NCBI GenBank assembly: GCA_051941275.1
Contig: JAVEBF010000018.1
Location: 1-52,984, forward strand
Reading direction: 5' to 3'
DNA from: Dirinaria sp. TL-2023a
Lineage: Eukaryota
Length of the DNA stretch: 52,984 nt
In this document: piece by piece, positions 25,188-39,091 of the stretch
Position numbering within the stretch: position 1 is the stretch's first letter
Layout: the number at the start of each line of letters is the position of its first letter
Translations under genes and position numbers: made by a program
Notes under the pieces: model-generated
The model's input: the letters and a program-made list of their open reading frames with translations, nothing else
Database searches by the model: none
Told to the model about the DNA's origin: nothing

Positions 25188-26983
25188 TATCCTCGCCACT
25201 GATGATGACAGCTTCTTCTGAAAGCTTGAATAACCCGAAGAGCGACTTGGACTGTGCTGTACATTTGAATTATGCTTGGTAGAATCGACTGCTTTCATGG
25301 CATTGAACTTGAAATTGCTAGATGGGTTGCGGTCGTTGTATACACCACAATGAGGCTATCAACGCGGAACATGCACGATTTACCTTTGCAATTTTGTGTG
25401 CCATGATTTCAGTCTAATGTTGCGGCCCCTCGCGCTCAGACCAAACGTATGAATAAGGGTATAGCAAGTCGTCATCCGCAACCCTAATTTTGGAAAATTT
25501 GCTGCTTTTTGTTAAGCCACGTGCAAAAGGCTTGCATCTGGGGGTCAACCTTCCAAAAAATGTCTATATTAGCGAGAATTACTGAAACGTGGAGTTCATC
25601 GTATCAGGCATGCAAATTTTGAGCGCTGAACCCATAGGCCAATGCGAAAGCTTCCTAGGGCCCTGGAGAAATTCGAGGTGCATCCCTCCAGCTGATTTTG
25701 GGACTGACATGGGCGCCAGGAAGGGACAGCATGAGGCCACGATGCTCATCCGGATCCTAAGAGGATTGTGCTATAAATCATCCTATGTTCTTGGTGCTGG
25801 CCATTTTGGTAATTCGGTAACCCGCAAGTATCACCACAGGCGAGCAAAGCCTCGTCCACGCATTCTCAAGGACAGGGTTCTTGACGGTGACCGGAGGTAA
25901 GAAGGTATATGTCATACCAGAAGAGCTCTCAGTAGCAGCCAATTCGGGGTTCTTCACGATTTTTTATCTACCGACGGAGTACTGAACGGGAGTGGGATCT
26001 CTTGCCAATCTCTCCGCGGTGTTTTGAGAAGTGAACGGAGTGCCGAACACCTTTCGCTCCTGCAACATCGGCAATGTCTGCTTGCTTCTCTTCGACATCG
26101 AAATTGACTTGAGCGCTGAAGATGCACGAGATCAGAGGAACTTGCCAGAAGATCGCTCCAGGATCTCCTCAAAAGTAAAGCGATTTTTAATACGAATGAT
26201 TGGTCGCCGCGAGAAGTTTTGCATCCAAGTGACGGCCGCTATGTGCCGAAAGATGGAGGCGGTCTTAAGCCAATGTGTGCTAAAATGCCACCTTGTTTTA
26301 GGCGTCTAAATAAAGATTCAAAAGCTTTTTGAGCGCTTCCACTGCGACGTCTAATGTCGGTTGAAAACGAGAAAGATGCTACGAGTATGAAGCTAAGGGG
26401 GTATTGTGGAAGTCACCGCCAAAGACGAGATGCTAGAGGCAAAATAAGACGATGGCAGTTGGTAAGCATTCGTTTCTTATCTGTCTTTGTAGGAAATGAA
26501 TCATTTACCGCAGCTTGTTCGCTGCATTGTTGAATGATGACTGCCAAGCAGGCGAGCGACGAAACGGCTCAAGTGCCGAGATCTCTGAACCAACTCTGAT
26601 TTAATGAAAGCTGCTATATCGGTCGTAGCGGGATAGAAATTCAATGGGTCTCGTTTGCTAGACTGCTTCACGTTGTCAGAGCATCTTGATCTTTGTGGAT
26701 GAGGAATAAGTCAATCGAATCACCAAGCTTAGGCGCCCCGAAGTCCGGCTTCAGGCCTCATTAAGGAGGTTCGGAATCTTCGAGCACTCCGGCTGACTAT
26801 TTAGTTGCTTCGGAGCTCAGACTCATGGAAGAATTTTGTGAGGAGTGCATATTTATGTATGTGTAGAGATTGTGTGTGTAGAGATTATGATTTATGAAGA
26901 AGGGTTAGGGCCGAGCAAAAATCTTCCATAAGCGAGGAATTTGCAACCCTAGATAGATTATAGATAGATTACTACCTGCCCAA

Positions 26984-27012
26984 GGGTAAGGTAAGGTAAG
27001 GTAGGTAAGGTA
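26984..27012. repeat. (GGTAA)n-type short tandem repeat
   Basis: ggtaaggtaaggtaaggtaggtaaggta. Confidence 0.8.
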
Positions 27013-29571
27013 CGTAGCGACAACCCTAAGGAATTTTTCGTCCATAGGTCTGAGTACTGAAGCAACGATTTCAGTTGATTATGATTTTGTATCTCAGCTC
27101 TCTCGAAACACGAGGCGCTCTGCCAATATATGGTGCATGCAAATTGACAAGCGAAATCATGGCCCAGGCTACTGGTAGAAGGAGGCGTTGGTACCCGAGC
27201 CTGCGCGGGATAGAATACCCTATGTTTCAGGGATTAAATAAGATAAGACCGCCAAGATAGTGGAGACCTTTTGTGATCCAAATTATGCAAGCCGCGAGCT
27301 GAGTCTGGCATTTTCATGTACTGCGCATTTCTGCTTTTGGTGGGTTTTTGGGCGTAAGAAGGAAATTGGCCTACTGCAAAGACAACTTCACTACCAAAAG
27401 CCCAGCTGGAACGATTAGCGCCACATCTGCCTGGTTGGAGGTGTCCGGGGGATTACCCAGCATCACTATATAGACTGTGCAATTCGCTATGTATGCGAAC
27501 CCAATCCTCCTCGAGGCGCAATTGTAGTCATTTAGATAACCCCAATGGCGCAAGTTTAGCGCTGATCCTGCTGGCGAGCCATTTGAGTGTTTGACGTTCA
27601 CCACCTGGTCAATCAGATAGAGTAGGCTCGGGGTGGTAGGATTTCCATGTTTGGCTGTCTCTAGTTCTGCTTATCTTCAATCACTTTTCGAAATATTTTG
27701 GTCAGCGCTTGAGTTAACGCTTTCATGCTTCCCTGAAGAATCCTTCGACGCTTAAATGAGATAGTCGTGGATGTTCACGCCAAAAGAGAAAAAAGCGAGG
27801 TATTCGATTTTCCAACTCCGTCGCTCACAACGATAGGCTGGTCGTAAGCCATGCGGGCGTGAATGCAACCCCTGAGAAGCTGAGCTAAGCGAGCAATTGA
27901 CATCACACCTCATTTAATTGGCTACGTTGCGACGATATCTACTACTCCAGACCTGCATTGAACACAGATTTCCACATCAACGAAATCACGCTAAAGTAAC
28001 CCATGGTTCAACTCATCAGGAAAGTGTTTGCGTTTGTGCATGTGTACTGGAAGGAGACAGCTGCATCGATCTGCAGCGATATGTATGTAAACACACAGCT
28101 CATTGGTACTATTATGCCACTCTTAGGTCAGTTCCATTGCAAATTCGACTCATCCCAGTCAACCTGACGAATTTCTTGTCATAATCACAACGCTAAGTCT
28201 TTCATTCAAATTTAAGCGGCGATTTTATACATGACAGCTGCATGTTGCGATAACATGATTGGAAGGAGTCAAGATTGGAGAACCTTCTACGTGATGAGGT
28301 AGAACCCTAACCCTCGAATCTACTGCGCCCAGTTGATGGGTGATACTGATCGAGATCCGGGGATCCCGAAGGATTTTTAGGCGACGAGCCGAGCCAAGAT
28401 TAGCGAGAGAACCCCTGCGTTAGTGCCCGCTTGACCTCTTACTTTACTCTACCTTCTGTAACAAGAATTCAATCGACATTTCTCGTCTTCTCGTTCTTGT
28501 GATAATCAAGGGAAGGACTGATTACGATCGGGAGATTCTCTCAGCTCTCAGAAGTCAAGGACGATGTGAAGCAGCTGGGTCGAGAATGACCGCAAGCACA
28601 AACAATCTGCCGTGCGGCCCTTTTCAGCTGATCTTCAGCAAGCCACATTACCCTTTACAGACTTGACAGCCAGCACACAGACCCACGATCAGCATCCATT
28701 GAACCACGTTCGGGCGGTTCAGTCCTGCAATGATATCAATCGGGAGGTTCAATCAATCTTCCGACGTTGGATCCCTTGTCATTCGGTCAGCCAAACCCGC
28801 CGTGGAAGCTGAATAGCATTCTGCAACGACGCAAGCCGCATCGCGCATGAGAAAGCTTCTTTTGCACATCTGCGTTCATCAACCTCACAGATGCCCATGC
28901 TCTATTCCTTAAGCGGTCAAACTCAGCTAGCCACAACGATCCGGGGAAGATAATCCCGGGGCTGCGCCCCGTTCCGCCAATCAAATCCACACCCATGAAA
29001 CCAGTGCTGAGTCTACCCCAATTATCCCGATCTGAAAGAGCCAATTGTCGTGGTTAATTGGAATTTGAAATGTTCGGCTCGATGCCTTCGGCCGTGACAA
29101 CGTTGTCTCGACCTCTTCCGTCTTTATGCTCCGCCACGGAGAGGGCGAAGATCTACAAAGCTCTCCTATCTTTTCTTTCAATTGGCCGGTTGGCAAATTG
29201 CAATTTTTGCATTAGAAATGCAGCAGGGAGCCAAATCTCGGTGACCCCAATATGTAGCCCCACGTAACCCCCTATGCTATTAGCATTTCCTTCTGGGATA
29301 CTTGATGCCCGCTCATCGCTCTAGTGCATCCTGTAGAGCAAAACGTAGATGCTGCTGTAAGATATTTCTCCCTTGGTGTTGTATGCTAGGTCTGCGTGGC
29401 AAGCCTTTAAGTACGAGCCCCTCAACCGAGTCACGCCCATCTTTGCTTTGTATCGACAAATTGATGACCGCTATTATAGACAGGCACTCTTCTGAAGTCT
29501 CGGACCGTCCAAAATTTGCAACTGACACAATTCCTTACCAGAGATCAACCGAAAATTACAGCAATCAAAAA

Positions 29572-32500
29572 ATGGAACAGGTGGAGACGATGCGCAACGG
29601 GGCTTCTGCTACCAAATCATCGTCAGTACAAGGTGCCAACGGCATGTCGAACGGTGTATTGTCCCGGAATGGGAGCTACAACCACGCAATTACTTCCCGT
29701 TGTAAGTAGGATTTCGACTCGATCATGCGGTCATATGTCTTATTGGAGTCGACTTTGCAGATTCCGATACTTATTCTGCTACGAAGTCTTTTACCGAGGA
29801 ACAACAAGTCACAGTGTTGCACGAGTCTGTCACAGTGACTCGGCGAAAGTTTCTCGCAGAAATCGGGGATGTGGAAGAGTCTTATATCGACGACATCACC
29901 ATTGAAGATTTCCTGGAATATATTGAACGGCAGCGCCTGACGCATATGCCACCCAGAGGAAGTCATTGGGACAAAGTCCTCAAATGGGCCGAATTCTTTG
30001 CATTCCAAATATCTGGATATGCCGCCGCTGTGGGCCCATTCGTACCCAACAGTAAGAATGCTGCCCAACTGATCTGGATAGCTTCAGAGTCGCTGTTAGA
30101 TGTGAGTTTTCCGCACATCACATAAAAAACTTGCTGATCCGTCCAAGCTCGGCCCGGATAACGCTCAGGCTCTCGAGACAACATTCGGAGTATTCTACCG
30201 CCTAGGTCTTTCCATCTCTATGCTCTTGCAAGATGGTGTCCTTCTATCCGCTAACAACCATGTCCGAACCGAGGTGGGCCAAGCCTTCAAGAGCCTCCTC
30301 ATAATGGTCCGTGAAGTCAGCCTCTACTATAAATCAAAGTCTCGTACTTCGATAGGACAGACCAGCTTCGACTTTAATGGCGTATTTGGTGGGCACATTT
30401 CAACATTTCACCAGCGCAAAAACCATATCCTCGATGCGATGTGGGAGTACAGCCTCGGAGACGAAGCAACCATGGAAGTCAAAGTTCTTCGAAAGTGGCT
30501 CGGTCCTCACGACTCTGGCTTGCAGAAGTTGTTAAAGGCGGACCACTCTGCACCCGGGGATCGGGACGAATATACGTGCGAATGGTTTCAAAGCCACCTG
30601 CTCTCCTTCTCGCGGAGTCAAAATGATATACTTGCTATCCACGGCGGCGCTGGCTGTGGCAAAAGTGTTTTGTGGAATTGGATCGTTGAGCGACTGCAGC
30701 GATCTCTCGGCAAAAAAGCTTATGTGACATTGTCTTGCACCATTGGTAAGTTTTCCCGGAATTTTTCATAACAAGGTACATCACCCTCTCTGGCATAGCA
30801 TTTCAATTCGAAGCTCTTGAATGCCGTGAGAGACTCAATCAGGAGTGAAAAAGTGGCTCCGGAACCAGTTAATTGTCCGGTAGAGCAAAGCGAGGTGCTT
30901 GTCATGGCATACAGGCTAGACGAGATACACTTTCCAGTTTAGCAAAGTACCAAGCGTGGGCTGGTTTCGTACTCGGATTAGACACATTATCGGTTGTCTT
31001 GTTTACAGCATTTTGCTTCTACCAATAACAAGAAATATACTAATTATTAGAATAGAGGCAGATATTCCCAGCGAAGCTACCCTAGTTGCGGTCATAAAAG
31101 GTCTGCTCTACCAACTGCTCGAGAACAACGTCGGCCACAAGAATTTCTACAAGGATCTAGTCAAGGCGTATTATGTGTCTATGGGTAATGACCATGAAGA
31201 GCTAGAAAAGAATATGTGGAACTGCTTGGAAAGTGGCCTCAAACACTTTCAGGAGACAAGTCAGGTGATGATTGTAGTGGATGGTCTTGACGAGATCCAT
31301 GGCGGCTTGAAGACGGCAAATGCCCTCTGCAAGAAATTGGCGTCGCTTGCGGTCAAATATCCAGGCGTCCAATTAATCACGATGTCACGTGATTCATCTT
31401 TGGACTTTGGCGGGGGTAAGACGCATCGTTTTGAGATTACTCCTGACCATACTCATGAGGATCTCCGCATCGTCATCGATCACTGCTTCCAGAAGTACAA
31501 GCATTTCCAAAACCGCAACGAACACGCGCGAGAGCACCTTGTCGATCAACTGCTTCACGCGGCTAAGGGAAATTTTCTTTGGGCCTTTTTAACCACAGTG
31601 TTGCTCAAGCGCGAAACTTCCGATGATGGGTTTAGCAAGGCAGTCAAGGCTGCTAAAGAGGCACCAATGTCGCTCGACGACACTATCGCTAAGTTACTTG
31701 GCATGGTAGACCTCGCCAAGGGAGATACCAATCTACTAGTATCTCTAGCACTGAATGCCGTTAGGCCGTTGACTCCAGCTGAATTGAGGTGCCTACTCGA
31801 GGTCGACCTTGCAAAGAGATACTCAGTAGAACGGAAGACGGATATGGTGCAGGATACCAAAGCGGCTTTGGATCCTCTGGTTGTTGTTAGAAACGGATTT
31901 ATTCGATTCTATCACTCGACAGTCAGGTCTTACGTGCTCAAGGTCCAAGCAGAAGGAAAAAGATTACGTAACGCCCACACTGCTTCAACAGAGATGGCCA
32001 AGAGACTGCTTGCCTATTGCAATTTTAACCTGTCGAGGACCCGGGACGTCACTTTCGACCCAATTGCAAAGTCTGAGGCCGAGAGGATGTTCTCCACACA
32101 TCCTCTACTGGAGTACGCCGTGCGTACTTGGACCTTCCACTTTCGGTCTTCGACAATGGGTCATAACGTGGATGCACTTCAGCTTGATGATGAATTCAGA
32201 AATATCTTCCCAAGCACTACGCAGCTGTCTCTGTTAGAATGGATATGCTGGGGATATATAACTTCTCGCGCAGAGGCTATCAAGATCATGGACCTCGCAC
32301 TGCGCGTCCGCACAGCTACCTTCTCAGAACACCATGTTGCGGTCCTTCAAACTCTGATCGCTTACGGTAATGTCTTGAGGGAGACCACACAGACGACAGC
32401 GGCTGCTGATTGCTTTTACCGGGCCTCTATCATCGGTCAAAAAGTGCTGCCCAAGTTCCATAATATCATCGCTGCGTGTACTACCACGTTCTTAGTCATC

Positions 32501-35500
32501 ACAGATGCAATTGCGTTGTCCTCAAGGACAGAACTCGCCACGCGACGAGAGAAAATGCTGATCTACACTATTGACATGTACAAGTACCAGCATGGCAAAA
32601 CACATGACCTCGTGATTCAGTTTTATAAGCAACTGGCACAGTTGTACGTCGATATTCACGAGGAGCATAGAGCCGAGACAGTTTGGCGCGAGCTACGTGA
32701 GACTGTCATTCTCCGGTTTGGTAAAGGATCCGAGGAAGAGATTCGTGTCTCTGAGTCTCTGACCCTCGTTCTTAAAGAAAAAGGGGACACAAAGACTGAT
32801 GTCATCGGGTATGAACAAGGCATCTTCGACATCGTTACCGAGCTTAAAGTATGGGACACTCGACGTATAAAGCTCACCATGGAGCTAGCAACGTCTTACG
32901 AATCACGCAGCGAATTTATCATGGCAGAGGAACTTTACATCTTCCTTTGGAGGCGGCTCACAGAAGAATGCCATCATCCTCATCAACATCATGGTGTTAA
33001 AATTCACATCCAATTGCTCGACGTTGTTATCGACTATGTAGAATTTCTTCGACGTCGCGGTCGACATGAAGAAGCATCCAATGTTCTGATCTGTATCTGG
33101 AGCGAGTATGAAGAATATGACTTCGAGTCCGAAGTTATTTTTCTTCGACTTCAAACGGTGGGAAAGCTCATGCGATCAGTAAGTCTGTTTTCTGTGGCAG
33201 TAACAGTTTTCAAGAAGTGCATCACCTGGTTCAAATCGCGTGAAATGCACGAGTACTTAACTTCATGCGAGGTCATGGTTTCCGAAACTATGGAAGAGGT
33301 TTATAGGTCTACGATAACGAACACGACAACCTCCACCACAGAAGTCGTCATCAAAGAAGCTTTCGAGAAAACGCTTTCCCGCAGCATTGTCACTACGGAA
33401 ACTATTTCCATCTGTAAAAGCCTGATTTCTCGGTACATGAAGCTGGAGCAGTGGTCTCTAGCTATAGAGGCCACGAGGAAATCGTTGCAGGTTATCTGGC
33501 GCTCCATCTTGACTTCGAGCGGAACCATCGCCTTGCCACAAAGCTTTGGGACTGACGCCATCGATATTGCGGTTAGCCTCGCTATTTGCTACCACCGGTC
33601 TCATTATTTCCACGAGACCGAACAAATCTACGTACATATCTACCGTGCGTGCCGCAACTCGTGCCGCATAGATGATCAACGCTTGAAGAAAGCTCACATG
33701 GATTTGATCGCATTTTACGAAGAGCACCGCTGCTGGCAGAAGATATTCGAGACCTACAGAGAATTGCTCAAAGAGTATCAGCGCCATTTGGGAGCTAGTC
33801 ATCATCTTACCATCCAAACATTGTACAAATTAGCATACCTCTGCGCTGACCATGGTTATGGCGATGCCGAAGAGTACTTCGAGGAGATTGTGACCGTGCT
33901 CAATCGCGGATCCCATCTCTGCCATCTAGATGCCCTGGATGCGATGATATTTCTCTGCCGATATGATTACGAAGCTGGCTTATGGCAGAAACTCCAAGGG
34001 GTGTGTAAAACACTGTGGGAAACTTGGAAAGGCCACCACCACAGCCAGAACAAATTCACGGCGGACTTTGTGGAAAAACTCTATTTCCGCTACCGCTATG
34101 TACTGGAACATCACGCTCGCTGCGAATATTCTGTTCTTCGTGAGTTGATCATCGAATACCGCAACACATGCGTGAAAGTATTTGGCGTTGCGGCGGCTAT
34201 CACGATCAGGTCGAAGATTGAGCTGGCCCAAATTTATATGCGAAACGAGAAGTACTACCATGAAGCAATCACAATCTTCGAGGAGGTCCTAACCCAGACC
34301 AAAACAACCACGACGACTATCGTGTCCACCACAACAATCACCACAGTGAAGCAACAGTTGACAAGGGCCTACACTACAGTCTGCAGCTACGACTCTGTAT
34401 CTGTTGCGACTGTTGAGCGGGCCATTGCAGTTGTAAGCGAAACGTATGAGTATTTGAGGCTAACCTACGGCTGGGCACATGCCGAAACACTCTCATCTCT
34501 TCGCGAGGTGCTCCTGCTTTGGAAAAAATCAAAAAAGCAAGACTCTTCTATTGTAGTGTCACGCTTGCTCCTTGAAGCGACTGTCCAAATTATCAACAAG
34601 GAGAGACATTCCCAGAGCTTGCATGAATCTGGCCGGACTATGGGTAACATATTCATCGCCTGCGGTATGAGTAGCCTGGCCCTTGAGTTGGTTCAGGAGA
34701 TACGCTCACAAATAATCACCGGAGCTGCTTCACATGACAACAAGCATGGCGTGAAGGTTGACAAGTCGGCTGGTGCCATGTCTTTCGTTTTCTTGGTGAC
34801 GCTTGAGCAGGCCATCCGTGGACCGTTAGCCGCCAGCTACTCTCAGGTCATGGCAGACTATCTCACAGAGAGCGTCTTGTATCAGTCCTATCATCATTCT
34901 CTCAACTCTACAGCCATCAACATCATTACCCACACCGCTCGCCTTCGGGCGTTCCTTTTGAGTCACCAGCGGCGCAGCCAGCGAGAAACTCTGGAAAACC
35001 ATTCCTACGACATCTTCGTCAAGAAATGGGCGATCAATGCTCGATCTCGAGAGATTGGCCTGCTTTTCTACGTTTCGTTGCTCGTCCAAATCGGCGAAAG
35101 CATTCGTGACGTGCAGATTGGGAACATTGCCTGCCTGTCAAGTGTCGCAGAGGTTCGTCGACTGCTCGAGTCGGGGCAAGTACAGAAGGCTTACGAGGTT
35201 GCCGAATGCGCTTTTGGCTTCATTGAACAAAATCGATCCTATCATTATTTGCAGAACGTTCCTCTAGGCTTCAAGCTGTCAGGACTCTTGGCTGGCCGGG
35301 ACTATGACCCCTCCAACCTCCCAACGACCGATCCCAAGCTACGCGAAATGAAGCTCGAGCTCTCTCGGAAGATAATCCATAGCGTGCTCAAAGCTTGCCA
35401 AGAATCGAAGATCGACTTCGTTCGGCTGAAGTTGAAGGAAATCAACGAGCTCGTCGAGCTATTGGGCGAACAGCAGAATTACGCAGATCTCGAGGTAAGT

Positions 35501-36466
35501 CCTTCTCCCTATTATCAGCGCTGGTCATCTTCTTGATCCTCCCCTTTCTCCACTCGCAAGTTATCCAAAACCGTCCGCTAACGAGAACACCAGTGGATCC
35601 TCGAGCTGCTTTGGAAGTCGCGCGAAGTGCAAAAGACCTGGAAAGCCGACACCATTATCGCCATAGGCCGGCGCTTTGTGCAAGCGCGCTATCTCAACGC
35701 ATCCAAAGAGCGTCAATCCGAGGCCATCCGTCTCTGCGAAGACATCTGCTACAACATGCGACGAACATGGGGCTCCCTGCACCCGAAAGCGCTGGAAATG
35801 AACAACCTGCTCTCGGAACTCTACACCAACATGGGCCACACACGCGAGGCGCAGGGCGTGCACGAAGACATCTTGCGCCTCGTGGTCGAAGGCGAAGACG
35901 GCGACGACCGCACGCTCGACACCACCGATTCCGATACGGCGCTGCGCCAGATTGCGCTGCTGAAACAAACCTTCCTGCGTCTCGGCGGCTGGGACAAATC
36001 CCGCGATGTGTACGACAGCCTCGTGTCCGACCTCAAGAAGATGCCCGAGTACAGTTCCATCAAGGAATGGAAGTCGCTCGCCTTACCCAGCTCATGGAAC
36101 CCCAAGGAACCGCCCTCGAAAACCGAGGGCAGGTTCGTCGCGCCGACGTATTGGCAGTTCATAGGGCCTCAGGAGCAGGAGGAGGAAGAAGAGGTGCGCC
36201 GTGTCGCTGCGTCGCCCAAGCAGCCCGCTTCGTCGCCGCGTCATAACCAGAAGCATCACAGGCCGGGCATGGGCGTGAAGAGGGCGACGAGTAATTGGGG
36301 TCTGGGGCTCGTGCATAAATTCATGCATGGAGATCATGGACATGCGCAGAACAATAACATTGACGGTGCTGGCTCGCCGAAAATGAATGGGAAGAAGACC
36401 GCCGGGAAAAGGGTTTCCAATGTGGTGGATGATGAGGATGGGTATGAGAGTGCGAAGAGCTCGTGA
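29572..36466 (+). CDS. Large NACHT-type STAND NTPase with long TPR-like helical C-terminus (NLR-like), ~2126 aa, 5 exons
   Basis: Exons 29572-29701, 29761-30101, 30148-30745, 31056-35494 and 35594-36466 total 6381 nt in frame. Pre-P-loop 'TCEWF', Walker A GGAGCGKS, Walker B MIVVDGLDE, 'AKGNFLWA' and 'RPLT..EL' winged-helix motifs are present. TPR-like repeats include 'LGASHHLTIQTLYKLA' and 'GSLHPKALEMNNLLSELY'. Confidence 0.9.
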
Positions 36467-36619
36467 GCCCCGCCCGAGAAGGGGTGGTCTTTGATTCAGC
36501 TGCGCCCTATTGAACTTTTCTTTACTTAAACGGAGTTTGGATACGGGCGCTGGGGAATGGGAAGTAGTGGACTTATAATTGTAATAGGGGTGTACGTTCG
36601 GTTCTTCGTTCGACGACCA

Positions 36620-36648
36620 ACTGACTGACTGCCTAACTGACTGACTGA
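36620..36648. repeat. Interrupted (ACTG)n microsatellite
   Basis: actgactgactgcctaactgactgactga, just downstream of the NACHT gene stop codon. Confidence 0.75.
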
Positions 36649-36763
36649 AATCGCTTCTTCAGAATTTGGGATCTTGAGGGTTTTGTCTCTTCCTATAGTT
36701 ACTCTCGCGCGTACTGCTCTGTAATTATAGTTCAAAATTACTTCCGCACCTTCTCCCCAAGGA

Positions 36764-37345
36764 GTGGGTCTTGCTCTCTTGCATTTCGTCCAACAACTGG
36801 AGTGTGCCTCTAAAAACCCACTTTCCCCCTATAATCTAGGCCCGGTACACGGTATATCTAAGTTGATTATATTGAGATATAATCCTAATCTCCACGTATC
36901 GATTAACATTGAACATGTCAGAACCAAAACCGGGATTTTAGATGTTATGAGCACAATGTTGCTGGGGACTCGTGGATAAGATTATGCTGCTTTGGCAGCG
37001 AGAGAGCTAATGAGCGATGATTTTAACCATAAATTCGGAGGAGGAGGAGGAATTATGTTAGGGAGTGAGTGATTGTATCTGGTTATTATCGAGCTAATTA
37101 GTAGATTCTCTTGGTTAGTGGGCATGGAGTTTTGAAGGAAATGTATCTCCCTATCTTTCGGGCGATGGAGATTCCTTTTATTTCCTGGGGAATCGGTAAG
37201 GGGTAAGGTTTGGTGTAGGGATATGGTTTTGTTTAAATCTACGCTGGAAGGACATTTCATAGATATTATTATGGATTTTCTGGAGGAGAGCTGAATGCTA
37301 AGGAGGGCCAACATCGATAGCTAAAATGCCGACGTAGAAGATAAA
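36764..37345 (+). pseudogene. C-depleted relic reading frame, possibly RIP-mutated gene or element fragment
   Basis: One + frame runs ~190 codons, broken only by TAA/TGA at 36977, 37070, 37133, 37292 and 37322. Strong C depletion on the + strand (hand count for 37021-37080: 4 C vs 19 G). No identifiable family. Confidence 0.3.
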
Positions 37346-39091
37346 ATATTTACTTAAGTAAGTATAATGGTGTGCGCAGGGTATTCAATTGCCAGTACCA
37401 GGAAGTGTAAATAACACGACATACGTGGTATTATCGGACTCCTCCGAAGAGTAATTGTGAATAGTGAAGATAGCTACCGAATCCATATTATTCCCAGCCG
37501 GCTCATGGGGATGCTTGCATCAGCAGACGTACGACCCTTGTCCCACGTGCGGTGCTTAATAGAGTGAGAAACGACGGGTCAATGACCTGACTAGGGCGTC
37601 CTGAACATCTTTCTACCGTTGACATCGGTCATTGACCCCGGTCATTGACCCATATCGTGGATAAGCCATCTTCAGGACCTGGTGCGTTGCCTTGCTCGCG
37701 ATTTCTCGTGTGAAGACGTATTGAGGTCACCGATTGAATCGACTGCGAAAAGAAACCATGTGACCCATACTAGATTCGACCAGTTCCAGACGTCAGGAAG
37801 TCTTTCCTCTCAAGGGATCGGGTTTAGGATCGTGCTTCGTCTGAGTTCATAAATTGGCGGATATCAGGACTTTGCTAGTGTTTGGGTTGATTAAAGCTTC
37901 AGTCGCGATCTCTTTTGGCACAGATACGTTTGTGATAGATCCATTGTCCGGACATTGAGCTATGCCCGTAAAAATCAACAGAAGGCTCGCGCCTACAATG
38001 CGGACGGAGGAGAAGCCGTGTTTATCCTTTCGAGCTAGCATCATTACGTTTTTGCGCGGTGTATATGACTACCTCAAGTAGCAGCCGAAATGCGAGAAGT
38101 CACAGATCAAAGATGAAACACGAAGGGTGGCGGAAGATGGCGAGTTCTGATATGGTAGGGAGAAAGGCGGTTAGAAGTGAGGAGAGGAGGATATGGAATA
38201 ATGTATGTGAAAATCGAGTTGGGGAAGAATAAGACACGCATGTAGTGTCAAGCCGTTCAGTTTATCACGATTTCCGCCTCCGAGCGGAGCAGGATTACCT
38301 TGCCAGGCATCATTATGTGCAGTACGTGCTCTAAGGACAAAGAATTTGACTGCCTCCACAGCGTACAATTGAGGCAATGAGATACTTCTACAGACCATTT
38401 GTATGCTTTGAGGGTGGCTAAACAGATACGGGAGCTTGGGCTGCTTTTAAGTGATACTATTCCATGATCAAACTTATAGAGCGCAGTGGGTAGACTGGTG
38501 TTGCAGGTCGATTGAGTACGGTCGGATCTTTGGCATCGACAGCAGGGTGTACAAACGCGTCCAGCTTGATCAATAGGATAGTTAAATCCATTGTGCCCAT
38601 TGGTGTGCTGCTTTGAATAGTATCCTTTTCAAGCAATTTGCCAATGCGCCCACAACCAGCAGCGCTGGCAATCTGATGCCAAAGCTGATGAGCGAGATGG
38701 GAAAAAGCCATATGATGGCGTGGCACTGCTATCTGTAAGAGTGGGCACACAAATCGCAGATTTAAATCCCACTTACATTGGCTCATGATCCACCCTGATG
38801 TCGTGGTCCGCAAGTATCTCAATCCACAAGCCCTGGTGCTCAAGCGCACGTCATTGTAATTGAGTCGTGACCCATGGATACTCATGGGGCCTCTTTCTGG
38901 ATTTTATGGCGGTCAACTACCGCGAATGAGCAGCGCAAGTCTCGCCAATTCCTTCTAATAGCAAATGAGAAGAACTGGAGCCGTAAGGGCTAGCATTGAG
39001 CCTAGAAGCATAGGTTCGAAAGCACCGACTACATGCCTGTGAATCAAACCAGACTGAGGGTTTCAAACGAGGCGGCAGCCATGGTTTTGTT

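Noticed and set aside
25950..26460. Possible decayed minus-strand gene downstream of CGG-rich promoter-like DNA
   Set aside because: No coherent frame or recognisable motif.
28291..28349. Telomere-like AACCCTAACCCT (28303-28314) inside GTGATGA...CTGA (telomerase template or C/D snoRNA)
   Set aside because: Only two repeat units, no recognisable pseudoknot or rRNA guide, and short for a snoRNA; compatible with chance.
30746..31055. 310-nt intron in the NACHT gene as a host for an element or snoRNA
   Set aside because: Longer than the other introns here, but no terminal repeats, C/D boxes or H/ACA boxes are evident.
35395..36246. 283-aa alternative-frame ORF and other overlapping/antisense ORFs (e.g. 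4254-4847, 16770-17306, 39033-39524)
   Set aside because: Shadow ORFs of real genes or of a GC-rich exon, with no protein motifs.
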